A stretch of DNA of 63,977 bases, counting the filler, from Reticulomyxa filosa (Eukaryota; Protista; Foraminifera): NCBI GenBank assembly GCA_000512085.1. It is 25 parts of 25 records of this genome, joined end to end, with 100 filler letters (N's around TTAATTAATTAA, not from the genome) between each part and the next. Parts side by side here need not be neighbours in the genome. Positions count along the whole stretch, not along the records: positions 22,615 to 28,784 come from ASPP01002959.1; positions 28,885 to 29,978 come from ASPP01029420.1; positions 30,079 to 31,880 come from ASPP01024409.1; positions 31,981 to 33,051 come from ASPP01042545.1; positions 33,152 to 34,639 come from ASPP01005623.1; 20 more parts are not named here. One strand, 5' to 3'. Shown piece by piece: positions 22,659 through 34,739 of this stretch. A program made the translations under genes and the position numbers. The notes under the pieces are model-generated. The model saw only the letters and a list, made by a program, of their open reading frames with translations. It was not told the origin of the DNA and did no database searches. Each line of letters begins with the position of its first letter. Within the stretch, counting starts at the first letter, position 1.

Positions 22659-24575
22659 GAAACTGATCGTGTGCTTGCGCACACATTCGCAACTTTGATT
22701 CGTGCATATACCGACAGTATGAATCTTGAGCAACGAATACGTCCAACAATGAAAAATGAATAAACAAGAATGGTACGCGCACTCCTTCATTAGATTGCCA
22801 ATTGAAACGTTGCGCGGGCGTTTCCAGTACATCCAAAATATGTCCCTTATCAAAAGGGAGACTTTTTTTTTTTTTTGTAAGTACAAAGTCTATCCGTTCT
22901 AGTGGAACAGTCGACCTGCTTTGTTGAGTTTGGTGATGAAGTTGTCCTTCATGTCTGGAAACACGCAAATTCGCCACTTGCGGGCGTGGACTAACTTCCC
23001 GTATCGCACCCCAATGGAAAAGGTTGAACAAATGCGGCAATATCTAACAATAACAACGCGAAGCATCGAAAAGAACTTATTTGTCACAACGTAGGCGCAC
23101 ACGAGTCTCTGCTGATAACTCGTGGCACGTTACATCACCAAAGAGGCCGTCGAATTGCGAACTATCGGCGCCAGCAAGGGAAACTCGGGGTGTGCGTACG
23201 CACATTCGCAACATTGGGTCTTGGGCATTGATGATCGTAGCTGGCTGCATTTTCTGACTTCGAACAAGCGCCGATGATGTTTACTGAATTGTCTCCAAAA
23301 TCGACTATGGACGCGCAATACTTTGGTTCGTTGCATTGTTCCAGCACTTGGATAACAATGAAGTCGCCAATTTGTATTCGTTCGAGTTTGGATGCGAGTT
23401 GTCAGTTTTGAGCTGTGAAGCAGTAGGGGTCTTTGGCATACTCAAAAAATCACGTTCAGCCATTGCACGCAAGAAATGCAGGAAGAAATAATCTCTTTCA
23501 TTGAATCGCAAATCCCAAACATTGTCGAATGAGCTCATGGCAATGATGCGAATGTTTCCAATAACGAGAATTATTCCAATGCCAAAGTGTATATATTTCA
23601 TCACAATGGCGGCGAAAAAGGAAGAATTTGGTATTTACAAAACATCAATTATATGATGCCATTGGACCCGTTGAAAAAAAATTTTCCAGTTCAATCGCGG
23701 GCGATTTGGATCTTGGTGCTGTCCGACAACGAAGGCAAACTTGTAAGAAGAAAGAAAAAAAAAAAGATGTGATAATATTGTGCAAAATGGAAACGATAGT
23801 GTGATATTGCGGTATCGCAACGACAGCAGTGACTGGTTTGACCGAAGAAATAGAAGACAAAGAAAAAAACGACGTTGTATGAAATAAATAATCACACCAT
23901 GGTGATTGAGTAAGCCATTCTCACATTGAACTGGTGTGTGAACGCCAATACTTGGGTGCCGCTGCTGTATTCCATCATTTGATTTGGTGTGCGCAGGAGA
24001 GCTAATGATATTGCACATTTGTTCCAAAAAGTAACAACGTCGTGTCAATCAATAATTGGATCAACTATTCAAAAAGTCGCTCCATTATTTAGGAATCAAG
24101 AAAAAAGCTTGGATATTAGCAATGTGTGGGGCGCTGGGCCTGCTGGGTGGAACGTAGACAATATTTCACGTCAGAAGTCGAGCCCCTCCTTTACACATAG
24201 GCTTGCTTTTATTTGGTTGGTCATTTATTTGTCTGTTCCCAAGTTCATGTTAACTGTGTTATAATCGTGTTTTAGTCCATTGCTTGAAAAGGTCTTTTAT
24301 ATGTACATTTTTTTAAAATATGTACATATTCAATAACTAATAGGAACACAGCATCTTTATACGTATATTGATTATTTATATGTATGTAACATGTGTTGCT
24401 TGAAATGCTTAAATAGGTATTTCAAAGTGTATCAATAAAGTTTTGGAGATGGATATATTTTTGCTGTTTACATTGTCATTTGTGCTTGCAACGAGTTCCG
24501 GCAATAGTGGCAGCAACGACAATGAAAGTAAAAGTGGCAACCTCATGATCGAACTGTTGCCGAGGGAAATCCAAT

Positions 24576-24680
24576 ATATCGTCGAATCATGGAAGGCCGC
24601 ACTATAACGCACACGTCTGTCATTTTTCCAATAAATGTTATTTGTTCACCATTGAACAAATATCGTTTTCAATGACTGTG
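24576..24680 (+). pseudogene. Degenerate ubiquitin-specific protease (USP) His-box remnant
   Basis: Reads ISSNHGRPHYNAHVCHFSNKCYLF then IVFNDCV in another frame, against the USP consensus NHxG...GHYxA....W..FND..V. Confidence 0.4.
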
Positions 24681-25012
24681 TGCATCAAATATGGATCATG
24701 GTATTGCGTTTTGAGTTGGATAAAAAAAATTGAAGGTCCATATCGTGTAATGTGGCTCATGATGGATTGAAATTAAATCGAACAATTGAAAGTGGTGAGC
24801 TGATGATTATCGTGATTATGTGCGCAGGATACTTGCCTTAAATTTTTTGATTGAAAAATTGTTTGTTGTGTGAATTGTAATTTCTTTTGATTTTTTTTTT
24901 TAACAATAATTTTAATTCCTCCTCCAACTCATCTGAAATCTTATCAAATTACACTCATTGTAAAAAATTTTTGAACTTAATGTTTTCAATCTGAGAAAGC
25001 GTGCAAGACTGT

Positions 25013-25093
25013 GCGAAATAGGAATTGACTTTGGCAGTATTCCTGGCAAAAAAGACTTCGAGTATTGTCTTCTTGCGGTCATGTAGGAGTAGA
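25013..25093 (-). repeat. Dispersed repeat, copy A (related to 50398-50470)
   Basis: Minus strand CTACATGACCGCAAGAAGACAATACTCGAAGTCTTTTTTGCCAGGAAT...TCCTATTT aligns by eye with plus-strand CTACATGATGGCAAGAAGATACTACTCCAAGTCTTTTTTTGCCAAGAATTCCTATTT on another contig. Confidence 0.7.
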
Positions 25094-26725
25094 TGAAAAG
25101 AAGAATACGTATAGCAGAAAGGAACAAGAAGATGGTAAAGTCAATGGCGAGAAAGAACTTGGATTGCAGCGTTTTTATATCAAATTAATATAAGAGAACA
25201 CGTGTTTTCCTCCATATTCGACTTTTTTTCAAAGGTTTCACTGCGATGACAGTTGTGCAAGTTAGTTTGAAACAAAGCAAAAGTGTTTTAGAAAACAATT
25301 AAAAAGGTTGACAACGCTTTTATCTTTGTTGTAGTAAACCTGGCAAACAATGGAATCTGATTTGTCGAGTACGAATGGCTGCTGTTCCGCGCCATATACA
25401 TCATGATGAATGACACTGTTATGTTTATCTTGGCGAATCATGATAACACAACAATAGTGTTCATTATTTTTGCCTTTTTTTTTTAAAAAAAAAAAATTAA
25501 TAATATGGCCAGACCTCTCTAAAACAATATTTCCCTTTTTCTTTGGAAAAAAAACGAGACCATCCCAAAATTTTTCTAAATATCTGTTCTCCCTTTCGTC
25601 TGCAGTGACAACATTTTTGCCTTAATGCTTCCCTTCATCCTTTTCCCATTGCATTTTCAACTCCACAATTTGCTGTTGGGCAGCGTCTTGTTCATCAACA
25701 ACTTGCCAGTACATTAGCACATCTTTCAATCAAAAAGTTGTTCATGAAGGGACCCTACAAATGTACCTTCCAATATCGTCGCATTGCTTTTTTTTTGTTT
25801 TTGAACTTTCAAAAAAACTTGTGGTGGGAACCCTTGTTCGACGACCCATCAGAACCCACGATATTAGTATCCATTGTATGAAGCATCATTGACTTAGCAG
25901 TGTCTAAACAAATTGGGACGATTTGATGTGTAATTTTGAAAAACTGAAGTGACGATAAAGTGTTATGTGACGGCAATCCGCCGTTTTCGCAACATACAAC
26001 AAATGACTCCTTTTCAACAATAACCATCCAACACTAGAGATTGTCCGTCATATCGCATATGTAAAACGTCTTGTGATGATTCAAATAGTCCAAATTCTCT
26101 TTATCTATCGCTGCCTCACGGGCCATTCGCACCGAAACTCTCTGTGTCGTCATCTTTACTTTTAGATCAAAGAGGAGATACACTCTTCCAATAAGCTTTT
26201 GAAAATGCTTCTTCTTTTGGGTTGGGAAACTTAAAAAAATTATATGGACTAGATTTTATTTCTGATATTTTTTAAAGAAAAAGGGGATTTTTGTTACTGG
26301 TCCTTAAGTACTGACAACAAAACGGTTTGCAACGATTGAAGTATCTAATATTTCTGAATTTGGAAAATCTTAAATATATCCCTTTTCCATCAAAATTCTT
26401 GTAGTCAATAGGACTTAATTTCATATGTTTATTTTTCTTTAACATTTTTTCTATTGATTACACATAAATGAAATGAACATATCGAAAAAATTTTTTAGTT
26501 TTGTAGTAAGGTTTTTTGTTGTTAGAATATGATAATATGAAGTCATTTTTAATTGTTTGTTGGATAAAATAGACAACATTTGACGATAATTTTGAGATGC
26601 TTTATTGTTATACATTTGTAGAGTTGTGGCATACATCTCAATACCAGTGCTTTCATTTTTTTTTGCAAAAACAGACTTAATGTCCGTATCAGCATCCACA
26701 TGATTTGATCAAAAGATCCAGATGC

Positions 26726-27420
26726 TCATAGCATTGAAATTTGAGGACTATGTACCTGATTAGCCACTAATTCCAACGTAGCGGCATTCTGTTCCAGTGG
26801 CAAATAAATAGTGATTTTAAACTTCTTTTTATTTCTGGAGTCAAATGACACGTCATATTCGGGGACATTTGGAGTCTGATTTTCGACATTAGAGCCAAGT
26901 TCTTCGAATAGAGGCTGACTGCGTCCGATTTGGATGACAGCACCTGCAACACTGACTGTCGTCGAGGGAACAAGCACAAACCCATTTTGGTTTGAAACAG
27001 GGTTTGTTCATTAAATGTTCCGTCGTTGGCATTGGGATCCCACATGTCCAACTCTCGCTCCAATGAGAGGCTCCGCTCACCCGAGTTGTTGTCGGCCATT
27101 TGACTGTGCCGTCCGTTGGATTGGCCAAAAAATCATCCAACACAAGTCCGATCCATGTCCCTTTGGCAAACTCCGTGCTGAAATACTTTTTGCTATTTAC
27201 ATTTCCATCACCTTCATTGAGCCACCAATGTTGCAATTTCAATCCGATAATTTCGCCGTCGCTGAGTACAAGGCCAGTTAGGACAATTGTGAGAACACTT
27301 TGTGAATGTCTTTCGTCGTCACAAACAGTTCATAACCATGTCTTGTCGAAAACTTGCCTTTGCCGTCATGACCTTGAGCGACTGATTTATCCAACTCGAT
27401 TCCAATGCTTTCATTCCTAT
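26726..27420 (-). pseudogene. Tandem CAP-Gly domain protein pseudogene
   Basis: KYFSTEFAKGTWIGLVLDDFLANPTDGTVK and ELDMWDPNANDGTFNEQTLFQTKMG are two CAP-Gly-like units in different frames, with stops and frameshifts and no clear splice sites. Confidence 0.7.
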
Positions 27421-30078
27421 TGATTCCATTTGGTGAAATATATCGAACTGTTTCCTTTTATATATGTACATAAATATGTATATATGTATTATTATGTGTA
27501 CATATTTTTTTATGTCATTTGTCCGTTGAATAAACAAAACAAAATGACAAATGATAAATTATTATAAAATAAACTTGTTCGTCATGCAGCTATTTCAATA
27601 TGATCATTCACTTGCAATTTTTCAATTTACTCAATTCCTCCTTTTTGCAACTACTTCTCTTTTTTTTCCAAAATATTGAGCCGCTCTTCCATATTGATCC
27701 TGTTGCCCGTTCGTGGATCGTACTCTGCAACAAAAATATTTGGACCTGAATTATTTTTTGAATGAAATGATTGCAAGCCCCTTTTTTTTTTTAGGTGCTG
27801 AAGATTTACACGCCAAATATCATTGGATTGATTGTGTATACATTTACCCGTGGTTTTTCTTCTGTTTTCTTGTATTCGGTACTACACCTTTTTCCCATTG
27901 ATGATAATTCCAAAAAAGAGGACCTTTTCAATTTCATCCCAAATTGAACCATTGCCAATTTTGTTATGACTTGCTTTTTAGAATCCTTTTTTATAAGATA
28001 ACGAGTATTCTGGATAGTCAATGTTTTGAAATATTAGATTTAAAAATGTTTTGAAATGAATTTGGTCACAATAAAGCGACATAAAAATATGACCCTGCTA
28101 AAAAGATTGAATGAAACAACAAAAAAACTGATGTCCTCTCTTGATTATGAAGATAAATGTACAACATCAACCTGCATGTTGCCAATGTCAGGAGAGACCA
28201 CAATAGGCAAGCGTATTTGCTTGGGTCGTGACGATAGCACCTTTTTTTCGAAAGGTGTTGTTTTTGGTGTATCGGATTTACACTGATTATTTTCTTTCTT
28301 TTTCGCCAATTGTTGCACTTTAAGGAGAGCATTGGTGAAGGAACTCTCAAGAGAGAGTTCCATGTCGTAGAAATTTGCTTTAGTTAGGTTGTTTGAAGAG
28401 GAGAGCCAAAACCACATTCGCAATGTCCAAGAGAACTTTTTCTGAAAGGGAAAACTTTTTCTCTTCAGCAGAAAAATCATTACTCAAGGAAAAATAATTA
28501 ATCATTCCAAAAAAACATTTTGATTTTCAATTATCTGTAATTAATCCATTTTTTTGAATCACAATTATAGAAATACTGTACAAAAATTTAAACAATTATT
28601 TTTTCAAATTTTTTCGTCAAAATATCAAAATGTCAAAAAAATTGCAAATTTACATCTTTTTTATAATATTTATGAATTGTGCATTTACGTCTTAATGGAA
28701 CAAAAAGGTCTTTTTTTTTTGGTTTGTCTATCTACAGTACCAGCTCGCAATTAGGGTGATTACACCCTCTTCCGCTGGTATATCNNNNNNNNNNNNNNNN
28801 NNNNNNNNNNNNNNNNNNNNNNNNNNNNTTAATTAATTAANNNNNNNNNNNNNNNNNNNNNNNNNNNNNNNNNNNNNNNNNNNNTTTAAAGAATAATATT
28901 TTGTCGTTCTCGATAATGAGACGACATTAGTAATATTATATTTTTTTTTTGTAAGTCGAGGTCTGGCGTGTTTATATCAAATGATTGGCCAACTTTCGTT
29001 TCATTTGAATTAATGATGTAACTGGCAATGATGAAACTATTGTCATTTGGTTTGTGTTTATCTGTTTGTAATATAAACAACAAATAAATAAATATTTATA
29101 TGTTTATATGTATACTTCTTATTATTTATAATTAATTTGTTTTTGTGATCAATAATAGATTTGTTGGATGTAAATGCAAAGATTGGAGTATATGCGAAAC
29201 AGTGGTGTTTTATGCCTGTTTGTATTTTGCACAAAGAAAGGCAATATCAAATGCAGTGATCCACATATAAAAGGGCAGCTATACGAAATTGAGCGTTTGC
29301 AATGATGGCAAATTTCAATGACGATTGGTAAAGACGATCGAATACTTGCAAGAAAAATAACGATTGGATGTGGAGCTATATGATAAAAAGAAAGAAAAGA
29401 AACTCTTGATAGTGAATGAAGAAAATGTAACCTATTGTTTAATGAAAATACCATCGAATTCTACTCACCGACTATTGGCCCAGATGCTTTTAATAGGAGC
29501 ATATTCGAACAAAGATGCTGCACAATTTGTTTCCGATGAAAGTCGATTCCAAATATCAAATTGCCATTGCCATTGAGTTGGACGAGCGCAGACCATTAAA
29601 GAACTCATGGCTATTCACATTGCCAAGACTGATCCGACGCTTTGAGCGAGTTTGCTGCTTGTGCTTGGGTCAGTGCGACGGAGTCCAGTACCGCTTTCAG
29701 TTCGTCAATAAAGTAAAAATGGTTCGTTGCAAAATGAAGCAATGCCAAGTTCATTGGATTTATGGAAATGATCATTTTGTGGTTGATCAATGGAGAAAGG
29801 GGCACATGACAGATAAAGGGGAGCATGACTGATAAAGGGGCCGCAACGGAGAAGGGGACACATGACGGAAAATTCCATGTCGTGGGGGTTACCAACGGCG
29901 ACCGTGGTAGGACCAACACAAGAAGCAAAAAGCGTCAAAGTTGGCGACAGTGTTCGTAAAAGTGTTGTGAAATGGGTCNNNNNNNNNNNNNNNNNNNNNN
30001 NNNNNNNNNNNNNNNNNNNNNNTTAATTAATTAANNNNNNNNNNNNNNNNNNNNNNNNNNNNNNNNNNNNNNNNNNNN

Positions 30079-30739
30079 ATTCATTGACAATGATTGACCA
30101 TAAGTATTCAATATCATCATTATTTTCATCTTTTTTTTCATCATCACAATTATCATTAATATGATGAAAAGCATTGATAATAATTCTCAAAGGGATGTGC
30201 AATAGATATTGAAATTGATGATTCCACATCTGACCATTTCCCCACAAATATGCAATTCTTTGAGATAACACACTTTTTCCACTCCCTGCTTCTCCTCGAA
30301 TGCTAATGTGACGTACTTTTGATTCATTTTGTTTGTTATTCCAAATATCTTGCAATTGAATATGTTCAGTTTGATTTCCATAAATTAATGAATAATCTAA
30401 TGAATTTGGCCATTTTTCATTTTCTTCTTTATAGTCTGTATATTTTTTATCTTCTTCACTTTTTTCCTTTTCTTGATTGTTGGTCATTTTATCTTTTTGT
30501 TGCTGGAGTTGTTGTTGGGTCAAAAGAACCAATCGGATATAGCATGTGTTAATGGATTGTTCAGGGTCATCGAATAATGGAGCCAATTTATCTTGTGATT
30601 GGTAATATCGCTTCAGTTTTTGTTTGATTGAATTTAATTGTTCGCTTTCACTTTGTGCTTTGCCGTTGTCATTTTTTTCTTCGTTAATACTTGAAATTTG
30701 TGCAAGAAAGTCCTCTCTTGCTTCTCTTTGGCCATCCAT
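30079..30739 (-). CDS. NACHT-type STAND NTPase, N-terminal part, 3' partial
   Basis: HISIRGEAGSGKSVLSQRIAYLWG...WNHQFQYLLHIPLR is a NACHT Walker A and following strand. It is preceded by a KLKRYYQSQDKLAPLFDD..YIRLVLL pre-NACHT segment. Intronless over 661 nt. Confidence 0.85.
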
Positions 30740-32079
30740 GGTGATTTTTTCCTTTGAAGCGTTGAAGAATTGATGAAGGGTCCTATTTAAAGTTTTAAAG
30801 AGTTTTTATTTAAGCTCGTAGAGTTTTTTTTGTTTTACTTTGCGTCTTTTTTTTTTTTGTACGATGTGTGGAAATCTTTTCGTGCTTATAGTTTCAATTG
30901 ATGAAATGAAACAATTGAGCTCCGAGTCTAGTAAATGTGTGCTGAGAACGGATTCCATTTCAATTGCAATTTTGTGAAAATTGGATGAATGCGATTTTGT
31001 ATGGATGTATCTATTTGAAAAACAATGTCTGAATTGGAATGACCGCAATTTTAGTAGTGCTATTCTTCATGCCCGTTATCCAGCTGATGTTTGTGCATAA
31101 CTTAACACAAAAGAAAAACGAGTTGAAAACAACAGAAACTAATGACGAAAGAAAAGAAGATTCAACACAGACGTACGAAATATCACTTGTTTCAGACAAA
31201 GGCTATGCGCTTTTTTTTTTAATTGGTTGAGCACAGAAAAAGATGGAACAATCCTAAGAAACATGGGAATATGGGAACTATATAGAAAAGGCATGGAATT
31301 GAAGAGAATGCAAACTGTATCACCGAACGATTATCAAAAAGTATTTTTACTTGACAACAAAGATGATAAGTTTTATTTCGGAAGAGGTGATGTTCAGTTT
31401 TGTGATCGCTTTGATGCGATATTTAGTGTACGTGAGTCCTCTCAAATGGTCTCGAGTGCACACACTCCAACAAATCGTATTTACTTTGGTCACGTTGAGT
31501 GTTTGATTGTGAGTTACTACAAATGGAATTTTGCAATGAAACTGATTACAATGTTGGGTGGATCTTTGCTGATATTGTGCCCCCGAGTATCGTGGGAAGG
31601 GTTTGTCACCACAAATAATTCAAAAAGCAGTGCAACACTTGAGTGCTTTTGTTGCGTGTGTGTACGTATTGATTATCACTAGCAATAACTGTGCTTTTAA
31701 TTGTTTCAAAAAATCTGGCTTTTGTCATTTCAAATTTGTTGGCGAAAAAAGAAGAATTTAGGCTGATGAATTGCTTACTAAGTGATAAACTATCTTCTTA
31801 GGGCTCTCATTTCTAAAACGATTGTTGTTGACAATACATTCATTTTTCTGGCACTCTTTTTATTTGATGGATGCGTATTTNNNNNNNNNNNNNNNNNNNN
31901 NNNNNNNNNNNNNNNNNNNNNNNNTTAATTAATTAANNNNNNNNNNNNNNNNNNNNNNNNNNNNNNNNNNNNNNNNNNNNGTTATATGATATATGTATTA
32001 TATATGATATATGTGTTATATATATGTATATATGTATATATCATACATATGTATATATCATATAATCTAATTAATTAGA

Positions 32080-33051
32080 TTACGTGAATCAGTGACTAAA
32101 GTATTATTACAAATGTATTATGATAAACAAGCTTTTTATTATTTGAATCAAAATATGAATGAATCATATTCTTTAAATAAAGATCGTAATGGATTAATAA
32201 TTGATAATTGTGGTCAAAGATTGTGTATGGATGTGTTAAGTTGTTTTTTTTTTTTTAAAGAAAAAAAAAAAAGGATAAACCTAATTTAATAAAGTATTTT
32301 TTTTTTATATATATATGTGCGAATATGTTATATTCCCCCTTTTTTTAAATAATATTATGTATGTGTGTGTGTGTGTATAACAAACAGAAATGAATTATGT
32401 TGGGGTTTAAATGAACTTTTATCAATTTTAATGAATGCTTCTGCACAATTATTTGGTTGGTCATTAATATTATATCAAATGCAAGTATTATCAATGGGTG
32501 TTATGTATTTAATAATTTTTGGTATTTTATTTATAAATATTTGGTTATTTGCTTCTGGAATGTCGTGGCATTCATATCGTGCATTTATGCATGAATATGA
32601 TTTTACATCACATATTTTAAGAACAGGAGAATATAGTGAAATAATTGCATTAGCTAATGCACAAAAATTTGAGAAATATATTTCATTAAATAGAATGAAT
32701 AATATTATTCGTGCTATTCAAAATGTTGCTGTATATTATATTGGAATGAAAACATTATTACATTTAATGAAATATATATTTATGTTAATTCCTTTTTTTT
32801 TATTATGGAAAGCTTTTATTGAACAAGATATTTCTTTTGGAAGTATTACTCAAGTACAATTAGCATTTGTTCAAATGATTGCAGTTGTTACTGAATTATG
32901 TGGACAAATGTTACGTATTGTTCAAATTGGAAATTCAAGTCAACGTGTTTTTGAATTATTACAAGCTTTAAAAGGATCTCATTTAAATTCTTTTATTAAT
33001 GATAATAATAATACTATTACTAATATTGAAATTCAAATTCAAAATAATAAT
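32080..33051 (+). CDS. ABCD/YddA-type ABC transporter membrane domain (ABC_membrane_2), internal fragment
   Basis: IDNCGQRLCMDV (cf. IDNPDQRIxxD), EYDFTSHILRTGEYSEIIAL (EAA-like motif), ISFGSITQVQLAF and RVFELLQAL. One intron at about 32235-32387. Confidence 0.75.
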
Positions 33052-33450
33052 NNNNNNNNNNNNNNNNNNNNNNNNNNNNNNNNNNNNNNNNNNNNTTAAT
33101 TAATTAANNNNNNNNNNNNNNNNNNNNNNNNNNNNNNNNNNNNNNNNNNNNAAAAAAAAAAAACTTAGTCGCAATTTCGTCTATTCAAAAACCACTGTGC
33201 TACTTGAAAAATTTTCAAAGATTATCTCGGTGTGAATTTGTCATACAAAAACTTTTTATTTCTTTTCATTGATTAGGAAGTGTTTCCATTTTCTTGGTAT
33301 TGCTCTAAAAGTACTTAAATATGTTACCGTTTATTCGCTAAAAGCTCTTTTATTTGCAATTACCATATCAAATCCCAATCGTGTGACGTTTACACACTAA
33401 AAGACTACCAAAAAAAAAGGGGGGAAGACGAGAGGAAAGGGGAAAAAAAG

Positions 33451-34249
33451 ATGCGTTTTTTGAAGACTAGATTATTAACCTCAATTATCAAGAAAAGATC
33501 ATCAAAATCCTGGCCATTAGCTCTGGTCATACTTTTTGGTTTGTCGCTTTGCTTGAATGGATATCTTTATCTCTACGGAGTAGCAGCTAAGCAGTGCACG
33601 TTCAACGACAGGCCATTGGTAATGAAGGAGGTGAATTGGGACTTGCTCAGTAACAAATATGCCATTTGCCTTTGTGGTGTGGACAAGTAAGTTTGACATT
33701 GCATTACATAGTTACACAAACTAAAACTAAAACTGCCATTTGTTTGGAATATTATTTAGTTACTGTCGTTGTGGTCCGTCCGTGGCAACTGATATCGTGG
33801 CGTTTTTGCCAGGGGATCGATATATCATCCTTGTGGAGCGAAAGGCGCCACCATTTGGATTGGCTTGTGTGGGTGGATTTGTAGAGGTAGGTGAGTCAAT
33901 AGAAGAAGCGGCTGTACGTGAATATGCCGAGGAAACGCATTTGGAAATAACTGATTTACATCAGGTTCATACATTTAGCAATCCTTATCAGGACCCAAGA
34001 AGAACGGCTGTGTCCACTGTTTTCATTGCTTCACTTAACCCACAAAAATATAAGCATTTGAATAAAGACAACTTTGAGTCTTTGACTAGTGCAGGCGACG
34101 ACGCCAAAAAACTAGTGCTTATGTCTATTGAAGATGCTTTACAAATTCTAACTTATAAATTTGATAATGTGTTTGGCTTTGAGTGTCATCGACGCTTTAT
34201 TTATGATGCAGTCAAATTCAAACTTGAATATGATAATGAACGTTCGTGA
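33451..34249 (+). CDS. Nudix hydrolase (ADP-ribose pyrophosphatase-like) with N-terminal membrane anchor, 2 exons
   Basis: Nudix box GGFVEVGESIEEAAVREYAEET plus DPR and AGDDA motifs. Intron 33687-33759 (gtaagt...tttag) joins the TM exon in frame to give CLCGVDNYCRCGPSVATD. Confidence 0.9.
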
Positions 34250-34739
34250 TATTCAGACTTTTGATTATGCATTTGTTTCTTGTATTGTCGATCATTATTA
34301 TATTTGAATAGTTGCATTATACGTTTGGATTAAATCGAACAAAATACTATGTTAAATTAAAATACTGTTATTTAATTGTCTTAAATAAAAAATATTTGTT
34401 TTTGTAGTTTGACATAAATTTAAGAAAGCATTTTTTTTGGATATTTTTTGTAGAAATTACTAGTTAGGATGCCAATATGAAAAAGCAATTATAAATTAAT
34501 TAATACTAAAAATAGAATAATTTGTCAATTAAAGCTTTGTTATGAATGTGTAGTTATTTATATTATTACATATTATATTGTGGGACGTCAGCTGGAAGAG
34601 TTGTACTAAATGTAATACGAAAATGGTTTTGCTCAAGAANNNNNNNNNNNNNNNNNNNNNNNNNNNNNNNNNNNNNNNNNNNNTTAATTAATTAANNNNN
34701 NNNNNNNNNNNNNNNNNNNNNNNNNNNNNNNNNNNNNNN

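Noticed and set aside
28751-28768. TTAGGG and a small AGGGTG/CACCCT hairpin near a contig end, as a possible telomere
   Set aside because: Single unit with no tandem array, expected by chance.
29150-29460. Possible second USP pseudogene remnant (ILHK...AIRN...NFNDD...YCLM)
   Set aside because: Too degenerate to support without a profile search.
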